From contig NZ_JAEMXM010000027.1 of assembly GCF_016482785.1 (NCBI RefSeq), forward strand, positions 28,039 to 52,038: 24,000 nucleotides of DNA, read 5' to 3'. The stretch comes from Paenibacillus alkalitolerans. Its GTDB lineage: Bacteria; Bacillota; Bacilli; Paenibacillales; YIM-B00363. A program made the translations under genes and the position numbers. Below, piece after piece: positions 1 to 8,307 of the stretch. The notes beneath the pieces were generated by a model. It ran no database searches. It was not told the origin of the DNA and saw nothing but the letters and a program-made list of their open reading frames with translations. How positions within the stretch are numbered: the stretch's first letter is position 1; every line of letters begins with the position of its first letter.

Positions 1-266
1 CCGACGAACCGCTTGGGGAGCTGCTGTCCGAACGGCTCGCAGGCGACTCCGGCGTCGCAGCGTCGCCCGGGGGAACGCTGGGAGTCGCGGAGCATACGTT
101 CAGCCACATCCATTGGCACATGCGCGTGCTGCGCTTGACCGCTTCCGGCGGCGGCGACTTGCAGCCGCAAGCGCCATACCGGTGGATAAGCGCCGGGGAG
201 CTGGAGAACCATCCGCTGCCGAACGTGTTCATCCGCATTCTTCGCGATGCGGGGTTTATGCAGTAG
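1..266 (+). CDS. mutY: A/G-specific adenine glycosylase MutY, C-terminal fragment (5' end lies outside the window)
   Basis: The frame is open from the window edge to TAG at 264-266. The translation ...GVAEHTFSHIHWHMRVLRL...YRWISAGELENHPLPNVFIRILRDAGFMQ contains the HTFSH motif typical of the MutY NUDIX-like C-terminal domain. mutY lies near ygaC and fabI/fabL in Bacillus synteny. Confidence 0.7.
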   Translation, partial: DEPLGELLSERLAGDSGVAASPGGTLGVAEHTFSHIHWHMRVLRLTASGGGDLQPQAPYRWISAGELENHPLPNVFIRILRDAGFMQ

Positions 267-267
267 G

Positions 268-319
268 GCGCAGAACCGAAATTGCTAGGTATTACTCCAT
301 CTCCATACCGGTTCTGCGC
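268..319. terminator. Hairpin with perfect 11-bp arms between convergent mutY and gerxC (right arm lies inside the gerxC 3' end); no U-tract
   Basis: GCGCAGAACCG (268-278) and CGGTTCTGCGC (309-319) are exact reverse complements with a 30-nt loop. The two convergent stop codons are only 25 nt apart. Confidence 0.35.
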
Positions 320-1434
320 AGCTTGATGTCATAGGAAACGTGGATATCGGCTTTCGGGAACTCCTTTTGCCAATCCACTTTCCTCCAAATATCCGGATGA
401 TACGCCTTTAACTGGCTCCCGAAGCCCAAGATGTCCGACTTATACTCTTTTTGCAGCTTGTCGAGCATCTTTCTCGTCTTTTCCTCCATATACTCCTCGG
501 CGTCTTTCTGCAGCTGCCGGATAGCGCTTTGATCCGAAAAATTGGCGTCGACCGTTTTACCTATCAAATCTCCTTCCACAGTCACCTTCACATTGATTTT
601 CACGCGGCCGTTTTCGTAACCGTAACGGTCTTCCAACTCAATGGTTTTCGTATTGAACGACAGGAACTGGCCGGGTTTTCCCTTATACTCGATTACGATG
701 GGGCCGCCCTCTCTTTTTTCCTTGATGTGCATCATCTGCCATGTCAGGTTGTCGCTTAGAGTCCCGACCATGTTGTCCTGTCGAAAGACGGCGATACCGC
801 GCCATCGGATATCGTTATTTTTCACCTCGATATAATTTAGAAATGGCTGCTCGGACGGTGAAGACAATGCGATGTAAAATTTGCCCAAATTCATATCGGG
901 GATTCGCCCCGTTCTGCTGCCGTTCTCGATCATCGTCATAATAAACACTGTCGGGATTTGTTCGATTTCCGGTTTCGCCGTAAGGAGTTCTATGGCTTTG
1001 CCTTTTACTACAAGCGGCCATAACAGCCGGCGAAATTGAGGATTGCGGCGAAAAGTGTCCATGATGTCGTTCACTCCTTCGCGCGCCAACGGTTCGCCGA
1101 TGGCGATGACCCGCGTGTGGCCGAAAAACAGCTGTTGATTCAACCGGGTTTGCAAATTTTCCAATGCCTCAACTACCGTGCGGCCGGAATCGCTCATCAC
1201 TTTGACGGGATCGCCTCCGCCGCCTCCGCCGCCCGTTGAGCCGGCAATCTTGATCGGTATCGGGATTTGCACGGTTACCTGCATCAGTTTTTTTCCGTCT
1301 TTTTCAACCCGGTCTACTCCGATCGCAACGACGGAAATGCGCTCTTCAATTTCCCGCTGATCCCAACAGCCGGCCAGCAATTGAGCTGCGAGCAATAAGC
1401 ATGCAATGATGAAGATCGCCCGCGCATTTCTCAT
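292..1434 (-). CDS. Spore germination receptor subunit C (Ger(x)C family lipoprotein)
   Basis: 380-aa ORF. The N-terminal signal plus lipobox LLAGCWDQREIEE is typical of GerAC/GerBC/GerKC. It has an internal poly-Gly linker and a 4-nt ATGA overlap with the upstream B subunit. Confidence 0.9.
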   Translation of the reverse strand: MRNARAIFIIACLLLAAQLLAGCWDQREIEERISVVAIGVDRVEKDGKKLMQVTVQIPIPIKIAGSTGGGGGGGDPVKVMSDSGRTVVEALENLQTRLNQQLFFGHTRVIAIGEPLAREGVNDIMDTFRRNPQFRRLLWPLVVKGKAIELLTAKPEIEQIPTVFIMTMIENGSRTGRIPDMNLGKFYIALSSPSEQPFLNYIEVKNNDIRWRGIAVFRQDNMVGTLSDNLTWQMMHIKEKREGGPIVIEYKGKPGQFLSFNTKTIELEDRYGYENGRVKINVKVTVEGDLIGKTVDANFSDQSAIRQLQKDAEEYMEEKTRKMLDKLQKEYKSDILGFGSQLKAYHPDIWRKVDWQKEFPKADIHVSYDIKLRRTGMEME

Positions 1435-2609
1435 GACGTCTCACCTTTCCCGCCGGATCCGCTTTCCGTTTCAAGAGGGTTGTACGGATCCCCTTTCCTT
1501 CGAATCACGGCAACGATCAACAGAATCAACGGAATAATAAGCGCTATGATCGCTCCCACAAAACTTAAATGCGTCTGATACTCGAACAAAGAGTGAATAT
1601 TTTGCGGAAGCAGCGATATGTAATAATACGCAGGGAAGAGGACGAGCGCTATGATTCTGTGTCCTTTAAACCCTAACATCTGTTTAATGATTAAACATGA
1701 GGAGTAGTACAAATTTGCCGTCGTCGTAAACACCGCCGCGACCCAAACGCCGAGAAACGCCGATTCCAGCCGTTCCAATATGAGCCCGGGCACTTCCGTC
1801 ACTTTAACCAGCTCCAATGTAGGCCATGCGAGGAGCCGCAGTTCGTCCACGCCGAATACGGCAATGCCGGAGAAGGCAATCAGCGTGTACACCAAGCCGG
1901 GGATGGCGATGCCGAGCAAATTTAACCGAAGCAATTTCCGGTCGGAATGCGTATGGGCCAGAAACAGCGTCAACACTTCGAAACCCAGATAAGAAAACGA
2001 TGTGTACATGATCCCCGTCAAGAAGGACATCCAATCTACGCCCTCCCTCATAGGAAACAGATTGTACAGCTTCGCGCTCTGGTAGGACGAAAGGGCGATG
2101 ATTAATACGGGAATGACAATAATCGGAAGCAAAATCTCGTTGACCCGGGCCAGAACTTCCACGTCTTGGAATATAAGCACCAGCGAGGTCAGCAGCATCG
2201 TAGTAATGATGACCTCAAGCGGCGTTTCCGTTAAAACCGTCGTAATGACGACTTCGCCGAAAATGCGCGCCACAATCACCGTGGTGAATCCCCAATACGC
2301 GAAATACAACAATAGAAAGGGAAAGCTGATAACCCTGCCGGCCGTTTTGTTCCTTCCTAAGCTTAATATTTCCGCGCTAAAAGCCACAATGCTTTTTCCC
2401 GGGAATCTTCTTGCCAAGGAAGTGATCACTGCGACTGCCACCATCGCGCAAATCGCCCCGAGGACGACGCTCAGCCAACCGGATTGCTTGGCGTATTCGG
2501 TTGTAGCTCTGGGCAAAGTGAGGACGCCGACCCCGATGATCGTGCTTGAGACGAGGGAGGACGATTGACGGGGGCTGATGACGGGCTTGTGCTGACTTTG
2601 TCGGTTCAT
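1431..2609 (-). CDS. Spore germination receptor subunit B (GerAB/GerKB-type APC-like permease)
   Basis: 392-aa polytopic membrane protein with an N-terminus ...ISPRQSSSLVSSTIIGVGVLTLPR typical of the spore permease family. It overlaps both neighbours by 4 nt. Confidence 0.9.
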   Translation of the reverse strand: MNRQSQHKPVISPRQSSSLVSSTIIGVGVLTLPRATTEYAKQSGWLSVVLGAICAMVAVAVITSLARRFPGKSIVAFSAEILSLGRNKTAGRVISFPFLLLYFAYWGFTTVIVARIFGEVVITTVLTETPLEVIITTMLLTSLVLIFQDVEVLARVNEILLPIIVIPVLIIALSSYQSAKLYNLFPMREGVDWMSFLTGIMYTSFSYLGFEVLTLFLAHTHSDRKLLRLNLLGIAIPGLVYTLIAFSGIAVFGVDELRLLAWPTLELVKVTEVPGLILERLESAFLGVWVAAVFTTTANLYYSSCLIIKQMLGFKGHRIIALVLFPAYYYISLLPQNIHSLFEYQTHLSFVGAIIALIIPLILLIVAVIRRKGDPYNPLETESGSGGKGETS

Positions 2610-4204
2610 CTGCTTTCCGCTCCTTTTCCGTCCTTGTCTGCGATGGCGCGCTGCTTGTCTTCAAGCTTTAAGAAGCTGGGCCTGTTCCTCAGCCTGTATA
2701 ACGGAGCGCGAAAAAACGTGTCCTTCATATCTTTGCTGCGAAACGGCGTGAGCGGCGCCAAATAAGGCACGCCGAACGATTTCAACGAGCACAGATGGAT
2801 AATGATAATGATGATAAGCAGCATAATGCCGTATAAGCCGAACATCGCTGCAGCCATCATCATCGGAAAACGCAGCATCCTCAATGCGATGGCGGCGCTG
2901 TAGCTGGGGGACGCGAACGAACCTATCGTCGTGAGCGCCACGACGATAACCATGATGGGACTGACGATTCCGGCTTCAACGGCAGCCTGTCCGACGACGA
3001 GCGCGCCGACAATTCCTATGGTCGGTCCGATCGGACCGGGCAGACGCACGCTCGCCTCCCGCAGCACCTCCATCGTCACTTCCATCAGGAACGCTTCGAC
3101 GATAGAAGGGAACGGAACCGTGGAACGCCCGGCCGCCATTGCGATGACGAGACGGGATGGGATCATCTCGGGATGAAAGGAACTGAATGCGATATACAAA
3201 GAAGGCAGCAAGAGAGCCATAATCATGCTGATGACCCGGATGAACCGGATAAGCGTACTGATGAGAAAGCGCTCGTAATAGTCCTCCGGGCTGTGATAAA
3301 ACTGGGAAAAGACGGCAGGGGCGATCAATACGAACGGCGTGCCGTCGCTGATGACGAGCACCTTGCCTTCAAGAAGATTCGCAACCGCTTTATCCGGACG
3401 CTCGGTGTTTTGAATGAGGGGAAAGGGACTCCAGTGCGAATCTTCGATAAGCTGCTCGATATAGCCGCTGTCGATGGCCGCATCGATCTTGATCGCTTCG
3501 ATGCGCCGTATGACTTCATCTACGATGTCCTTGTTGGCCAAGCCCTCGATATACATAACGGCTACATCGGTGTTGCCCCGTTCTCCAACCGTCAAATTTT
3601 TCACCCGAAGATCCGGATCCTTCAATCGGAGCCGAACTTGTGCGGTATTGATTCTTAACGTTTCCGTGAATCCGTTCCGGGGGCCGCGTACGACCGCTTC
3701 CGTCCTCGGCTCTTCGACGCCGCGCTTCTCCCAACCTTTCGTATTCAGCAGCAGCGCCTGCGGCGTACCGTCGGTCAGCAGCAAAGAGTCGCCCGACAGA
3801 ACGCTTTGCACCGCTTTATGAAGACGGTCGGTTTGTCCCGCTTCGTTCACCGGAACGCCGTAATTCTTTATGTACTCGATTATTTCTTGCGAGCCCGGAT
3901 CGTTGCCGCTCCAGTCGATCATCGACGCTTTGAGAATAAAATGATCGATTATCGACGAATCGATCAATCCGTCAATAAACACGACGGCCGATTGACGGTT
4001 CAGGCCGCCCCCTATGTAAAATTGCCGCACCACAAAATCGTCGCTCTTGCCCAGAGTCTGTTCAAGCAATTCGAGGTTCGTCTTTAAATTGGCGGACAGC
4101 GGCAGTTCCTTTAAGGAAGAAAGCTTCTCGTTCAACTGGGACTCGATCGTTTGCCGCATTCTCGCTTTTCCGACCAGGAGCGGCGAATTTCTTTTTCTAA
4201 ACAT
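2606..4204 (-). CDS. Spore germination receptor subunit A (GerAA/GerKA family)
   Basis: 532-aa ORF with a soluble N-terminal domain and C-terminal TM helices, and GerA-family-like segments (FVVRQF..., VAVMYIEGLANKDIV, GTPFVLIAP). RBS AAAGGTGG lies upstream of the ATG at 4204. Confidence 0.9.
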   Translation of the reverse strand: MFRKRNSPLLVGKARMRQTIESQLNEKLSSLKELPLSANLKTNLELLEQTLGKSDDFVVRQFYIGGGLNRQSAVVFIDGLIDSSIIDHFILKASMIDWSGNDPGSQEIIEYIKNYGVPVNEAGQTDRLHKAVQSVLSGDSLLLTDGTPQALLLNTKGWEKRGVEEPRTEAVVRGPRNGFTETLRINTAQVRLRLKDPDLRVKNLTVGERGNTDVAVMYIEGLANKDIVDEVIRRIEAIKIDAAIDSGYIEQLIEDSHWSPFPLIQNTERPDKAVANLLEGKVLVISDGTPFVLIAPAVFSQFYHSPEDYYERFLISTLIRFIRVISMIMALLLPSLYIAFSSFHPEMIPSRLVIAMAAGRSTVPFPSIVEAFLMEVTMEVLREASVRLPGPIGPTIGIVGALVVGQAAVEAGIVSPIMVIVVALTTIGSFASPSYSAAIALRMLRFPMMMAAAMFGLYGIMLLIIIIIIHLCSLKSFGVPYLAPLTPFRSKDMKDTFFRAPLYRLRNRPSFLKLEDKQRAIADKDGKGAESR

Positions 4205-4290
4205 AGGCCCACCTTTCTTTCCTATGGTTAGAGATACCCTCGGCTATGAAAATTATGCATTGGAGAGCGCTTTGGAACTGATAGAAGACG

Positions 4291-4334
4291 AAAAAAAGGA
4301 CGCTTCGTCCGAATGATCGGTCGATGCGTCCTTT
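4291..4334 (-). terminator. Rho-independent terminator of sodA
   Basis: The minus strand reads AAAGGACGC-N22-GCGTCCTTT followed by a T-run (plus-strand A-run 4291-4297), 16 nt after the sodA stop. Confidence 0.7.
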
Positions 4335-4349
4335 GGTTGTTGGCGAGGA

Positions 4350-4970
4350 TTACTTGCCGGCTTTCGCCGCTTGGTAGCGTTGGCCTACAGCGTTCCAGTC
4401 GATTACGTTGTAGAAGGCGTTGATGTAATCCGGGCGTTTGTTTTGATACTTCAAGTAGTATGCATGCTCCCATACGTCGAGACCGAGGATCGGAGTCATG
4501 CCTTCCATGACCGGGCTGTCTTGGTTCGGCGTGGAAGTGACGACAAGCTTGCCCGCTTTATCCACTGCAAGCCATGCCCAGCCGGAACCGAAGCGGGTCG
4601 TAGCGGCCTTAGTGAACGCTTCTTTGAATGCTGCGAAGCCGCCAAGCTCGGAATCGATCGCGGCTTTCAAAGCGCCTGTCGGTTCTCCGCCCGCGTTCGG
4701 AGCGATCGTTTCCCAGAAGAGGGAGTGGTTCGCATGACCGCCGCCGTTGTTGCGGACGACCGTGCGGATATCTTCCGGCACCGAGTTCAGGTCCGAGATC
4801 AAATCTTCCAAAGATTTATTTTGAAGTTCCGGATATTTCTCGAGCGCGGCATTCAAGTTGTTCACGTATGTCGCATGGTGGCGGTCGTGGTGAATCATCA
4901 TGGTCGTCTCATCGATATGCGGTTCCAATGCATTGTTTGGATAAGGCAACGGTGGCAATTGATGTGGCAT
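4350..4970 (-). CDS. sodA: Mn/Fe superoxide dismutase
   Basis: [40 protein letters not shown]...[19 protein letters not shown] is canonical SodA. The start was trimmed from track position 5045 to the ATG at 4970, which is preceded by GGGAGG. The product is 206 aa, matching family length. Confidence 0.95.
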   Translation of the reverse strand: MPHQLPPLPYPNNALEPHIDETTMMIHHDRHHATYVNNLNAALEKYPELQNKSLEDLISDLNSVPEDIRTVVRNNGGGHANHSLFWETIAPNAGGEPTGALKAAIDSELGGFAAFKEAFTKAATTRFGSGWAWLAVDKAGKLVVTSTPNQDSPVMEGMTPILGLDVWEHAYYLKYQNKRPDYINAFYNVIDWNAVGQRYQAAKAGK

Positions 4971-5013
4971 TAGCAGCAAACCTCCCAATAATATGTAATT
5001 TAGTAACACGATC

Positions 5014-5042
5014 ATTATCCCCCATTTTCCATAATAAATCAA
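5014..5042 (-). promoter_or_regulatory. SigA-type promoter for sodA (TTGATT-17-GATAAT)
   Basis: On the minus strand, TTGATT (5042-5037), a 17-nt spacer and GATAAT (5019-5014) lie about 45 nt upstream of the sodA ATG. Confidence 0.5.
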
Positions 5043-5045
5043 CAC

Positions 5046-5237
5046 TTATGTTTCGAAAGTCGGTCCGCCGATCCGCCTTTTCCGCTCGTCGATCACTTGG
5101 TGGTGAAGCGATACACCTTGCGAATTCAACCAAGGCGACACATCGCTTAATACCGAATCGTAACGCCGAAGCTCCTCGTCGGACCATTCGTTTAACACGA
5201 CGTCCGTTAAATCCTGCAGCAAACGCACTTCACCCAA
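5046..5237 (-). CDS. Hypothetical small protein (about 63 aa), non-ATG start
   Basis: The stretch has coding-like GC content, unlike the AT-rich spacer beyond 5290. GGAGGTGG sits 9 nt upstream of an in-frame TTG at 5237. The track start at 5285 is also TTG but has no RBS. I recognise no family. Confidence 0.4.
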   Translation of the reverse strand: MGEVRLLQDLTDVVLNEWSDEELRRYDSVLSDVSPWLNSQGVSLHHQVIDERKRRIGGPTFET

Positions 5238-5512
5238 TTCCCACCACCTCCAAAAGCGACCGTTTCGGGAGTTTTTCCTACCCAATGTATTAGGATGGCT
5301 AAAGTCATACCGTTTTATTCATGCGATTGAAAATCATATCTATCGGTAGAAAAAAGAGCATATTGGATGTAAACGCTTTAAAATAAGCGCTTTCATGAAA
5401 AAAATGAAGGTTTTCTCACTTTTTTAATGAAAATTTAAGAATTCGGGAGGAATTTGTGATTTTTTGTCGAAATTGTTACAAGCGAATTACGTGGATATGG
5501 GGAGAGAAGCAG

Positions 5513-5938
5513 ATGAACGTTCGTACGTTTCAATTGTCGGATTGTGCTGCAGTAACGGAACTATTGCAAGCCTCTCTATCGGATCAGTGTTACCATGACA
5601 CGATGGAGGCTTTCGCTCGACAGCTTTCTTGGGACAGCAGTCTTGTTTTTGTAGCCGAGAAACATTCCCAACTCGTGGGTGTGGTCATCGGAACCATCGA
5701 TAAGAACGACGGTTATTACTACCGTGTCGCCGTCGCCCCCGCGCATCGCCGCCAAGGCATCGGCAAAGCCATGATCGAGGCGCTTCAAGAACGATTTCTC
5801 CAACGTAAAGTGAACCGCATATTCGTCCCGGTCGATATGCATAATGAACCGGTTCTTCCCTTGTACGAATCCCTCGGATTCGGCATTCAGCAATTCACGA
5901 AGAAATTCAATAAATTAAGCATTGTCACAGGGTCGTAA
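5513..5938 (+). CDS. GNAT family N-acetyltransferase
   Basis: Acetyl-CoA binding motif A is present: YRVAVAPAHRRQGIGKAMIEAL. The start was trimmed to the ATG at 5513 (MNVRTFQLSD), preceded by GGGGAGAG. Product is 141 aa. Confidence 0.85.
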   Translation: MNVRTFQLSDCAAVTELLQASLSDQCYHDTMEAFARQLSWDSSLVFVAEKHSQLVGVVIGTIDKNDGYYYRVAVAPAHRRQGIGKAMIEALQERFLQRKVNRIFVPVDMHNEPVLPLYESLGFGIQQFTKKFNKLSIVTGS

Positions 5939-5998
5939 TTGACGCGATCTTTATTTTAATGTACGTGTAGTGTATAATAATTTGAATCGGCTCCGAAT

Positions 5999-6049
5999 GA
6001 AAAACTTCCTCTAACCGTCAACCGGCTACCGAAGAAGTTTTTCTTTTTT
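5999..6049 (+). terminator. Hairpin with T-tail downstream of the GNAT gene; member of a repeat family also found at 10548-10611
   Basis: GAAAAACTTCCTC (5999-6011) pairs with GAAGAAGTTTTTC (6031-6043) at 12 of 13 positions and is followed by TTTTTT. The 14-mer GAAAAACTTCCTCT and 13-mer AGAAGTTTTTCTT are identical to the arms at 10550 and 10599. Confidence 0.55.
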
Positions 6050-6161
6050 CACAAGCAACAAAGCGTATCTCCCGTTGCGGGGCCGCTTGCCGCATAAAGC
6101 GACGCCGCAAGAGGCAGCAGATATGCTTTTTGCCGCTTTGCGCACGCGAAAGGACACGGCA

Positions 6162-6707
6162 ATGAATTCCGAGACCTATATAATGATAAAGAGTTTCAAA
6201 CACGACGGCCACCTTCACAGAATGTGGTACGAGAACTGGCCGGTTCCCCGCAGCGAATTGCATCCCGATCATCAAGAGCAGGGCATGAAAGTGCTGATCA
6301 ATCACGGCACCCGGATTCGCGAGGCGGACGGGAAAGAGTGGGTTTCCCGCATTCCCGGCGTGACGTATTTCATACCCGGGCAATGGTTCAACATCGTTGC
6401 GCTGTTGGAGACGGCAGGCGTCCGGTATTATTGCAATATTGCGTCACCATATTATGAATACGGCAATGTGATCACTTACATCGACTACGATTTGGATGTA
6501 ATCAAGCTTTCGGACGGTTCGATCAACGTCGTGGATGAAGAGGAGTACCTTAGCCATCGGGTTTTATACCAATATCCGAATGTGGTGGAGACGAAAGTAA
6601 GGCAGGGACTGGAGCGCCTCGTGCAGTGGATGAAGGACTCCAAACCTCCGTTTCAAGACGATGAGGCACTGCGTTATTATGAATTATGGAAGAATAGGCA
6701 GTGTTAA
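6162..6707 (+). CDS. ntdP: DUF402 / UPF0374 protein, YgaC-type nucleoside tri/diphosphate phosphatase
   Basis: MNSETYIMIKSFKHDGHLHRMW...YYCNIASPY...YIDYDLDV matches the YgaC/SA1684 DUF402 family. The start was trimmed to the ATG at 6162, preceded by GAAAGGA. The 181-aa product is close to the length of B. subtilis YgaC as I recall it. Confidence 0.82.
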   Translation: MNSETYIMIKSFKHDGHLHRMWYENWPVPRSELHPDHQEQGMKVLINHGTRIREADGKEWVSRIPGVTYFIPGQWFNIVALLETAGVRYYCNIASPYYEYGNVITYIDYDLDVIKLSDGSINVVDEEEYLSHRVLYQYPNVVETKVRQGLERLVQWMKDSKPPFQDDEALRYYELWKNRQC

Positions 6708-6709
6708 TG

Positions 6710-6737
6710 CCCGGACCGGCACACGGTGCGGGTTTTT
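6710..6737 (+). terminator. Rho-independent terminator of ntdP
   Basis: CCCGGACCG / CGGTGCGGG form a stem (8 of 9 bp) with a 5-nt loop, followed by TTTTT, starting 3 nt after the stop. Confidence 0.6.
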
Positions 6738-6815
6738 ATATAGAGTGTCGGATATTTGCCCGTCGGCACATAAGAAAATTGCTGCGACGAATAGACGAAT
6801 CGAGCAGCAAAATCG

Positions 6816-7005
6816 TTAGCGGAATTTCTTGTGCTTAACCTGAACGGCATTGGATACGATTTGGAGGTTAACGGAATTTCGTGTACTCAATAGCCACTAT
6901 TCGAGCGATATCCACAAGTTTCGTCACTGTTTAAGCACACAAAATTCCGCTAAGCTATTCCTGCCCCCAATCGATATGAAACTTAAGTACATGAATTTCC
7001 GTTAA
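6816..7005. repeat. Four copies of a 23-bp repeat, two direct then two inverted, in the ntdP-queG spacer
   Basis: U1 6816-6838 is TTAGCGGAATTTCTTGTGCTTAA and U2 6868-6890 is TTAACGGAATTTCGTGTACTCAA. The reverse complement of U3 6931-6953 is TTAGCGGAATTTTGTGTGCTTAA and that of U4 6983-7005 is TTAACGGAAATTCATGTACTTAA. Centre-to-centre spacings are 52, 63 and 52 bp. Confidence 0.75.
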
Positions 7006-7101
7006 GCAAATGGAAGAAGGCTTTACGGCGTGGACGGCCGGAGTATGCCGGCGCGTTAAGGTAAAAGCTACATCCAAGGGAATTCGAAGGGAGGTGCAAA
7101 C

Positions 7102-8250
7102 ATGCCGAATCGGTGGGAACTGCTGAAGGGCGAAATTCAAGAAGCCGCTCCGGAATTGGGTATCGACAAAATCGGTTTCGCTTCGGCGTATCCGTTCTTT
7201 GAATTGAAAGAGCTGCTGCAGAAGCATCGCGAAGAAGGGCGGGAGTCCGGATTCGAGGAGCCGGATCTCGATAAGCGTGTATATCCGCATCTCAGCTTCC
7301 CCGGCGGAAAGCCCCGGTCGATCGTCTCGATCGCCGTCGCGTATCCGTCAAAGATGAGCGATCCGCCGAAGTCGGAGCCGGGGGCGTACCGCGGCATATT
7401 GTCCCGGTCGGCATGGGGCGACGACTACCACGATGTGCTGCGCGACCGGCTTCGCCGGCTCGAGTCGTTCATCCGCGACCGGGTGCCGGAGGCGCGCATG
7501 GAGTCGATGGTCGACACGGGGGCGCTCGTCGACAGAGCGGTTGCGGAGCGGGCCGGCATCGGCTGGTATGGCAAAAACTGCGCCGTCATCACGCCCGAAT
7601 TCGGCTCGTGGGTGTACCTCGGGGAATTGATTACGGATATTCCGTTTCCGCCCGACACCCCGGTGACCGATTCATGCGGCGATTGCACGCTGTGCATCGA
7701 TGCATGTCCGACAGGGGCGCTCGTCGGACCGGGACAGCTCAATTCGTCGCGCTGCGTCTCCTTCGTTACCCAGACGAAAGGCTTCGTGGACGACGAATTG
7801 AAACGTAAAATCGGCAACCGTCTGTACGGATGCGATACGTGCCAAGTGGTATGCCCGAAAAACAGAGGGCACAACTGGACGCACCATACCGAGCTTCAGC
7901 CGGATCCTGAAATTGCGAAACCGCTCCTGAAGCCGCTGTTGACGCTTTCCAACCGCGAATTTAAGGAGCGGTTCGGCAAAAGCGCGGCATCCTGGCGGGG
8001 GAAGAAACCGATCCAACGCAACGCGATCATCGCTCTCGGCAATTTCAAAGACAAGTCTGCCGTTCCGCAGCTCATCGATTTATTGCGGCGCGACGAACGT
8101 CCGGTCATCCGCGGTACGGCGGCTTGGGCGCTCGGACGAATCGGGGGCGATGAAGGCAGGGAAGCTCTCATGGAAGCCGTGGGTCTGGAGACCGACGAAG
8201 AAGTGTTGAACGAAATAAAAAAAGCGCTAACCCCACAATCAGTTTCGTGA
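7102..8250 (+). CDS. queG: tRNA epoxyqueuosine(34) reductase
   Basis: 382 aa with two 4Fe-4S ferredoxin motifs (CGDCTLCIDACP, CDTCQVVCP), a QueG-like N-terminal domain and C-terminal HEAT-like repeats (IRGTAAWALGRIG). RBS GGGAGGTG is present. Confidence 0.92.
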   Translation: MPNRWELLKGEIQEAAPELGIDKIGFASAYPFFELKELLQKHREEGRESGFEEPDLDKRVYPHLSFPGGKPRSIVSIAVAYPSKMSDPPKSEPGAYRGILSRSAWGDDYHDVLRDRLRRLESFIRDRVPEARMESMVDTGALVDRAVAERAGIGWYGKNCAVITPEFGSWVYLGELITDIPFPPDTPVTDSCGDCTLCIDACPTGALVGPGQLNSSRCVSFVTQTKGFVDDELKRKIGNRLYGCDTCQVVCPKNRGHNWTHHTELQPDPEIAKPLLKPLLTLSNREFKERFGKSAASWRGKKPIQRNAIIALGNFKDKSAVPQLIDLLRRDERPVIRGTAAWALGRIGGDEGREALMEAVGLETDEEVLNEIKKALTPQSVS

Positions 8251-8307
8251 TAATATAGTACTAACTTAAAGGGATATTTTTCCTAGTTAGACACGAGGTG
8301 CGCATCT

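Noticed and set aside
113-334. 73-aa plus-strand ORF overlapping the mutY 3' end and the gerxC 3' end
   Set aside because: It is out of frame with the MutY C-terminal domain, which has the HTFSH motif, and it has no RBS.
4971-5045. Track N-terminal extension of sodA. Similar over-extensions occur for GNAT (5456), ntdP (6075), the oxidoreductase (12964), IclR (14203), MarR (15219) and the amidase (19402).
   Set aside because: Internal ATGs with good Shine-Dalgarno spacing reproduce the family-typical N-termini. The extensions run through promoters or terminators and encode implausible peptides.
5046-5237. Sda-like or Spo0E-like identity for the 63-aa ORF (SDEEL...Y...IDERKRR pattern)
   Set aside because: The resemblance is limited to a few charged residues, and the spacing and hydrophobic pattern do not fit either family. 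It is left as hypothetical.
7006-7101. Possible preQ1 riboswitch upstream of queG, and likewise at 9732-9797 upstream of folE
   Set aside because: I found no match to the preQ1-I or preQ1-II core that I could recognise (no conserved loop sequence or A-rich tail in the right arrangement). The spacers are too short or otherwise occupied.
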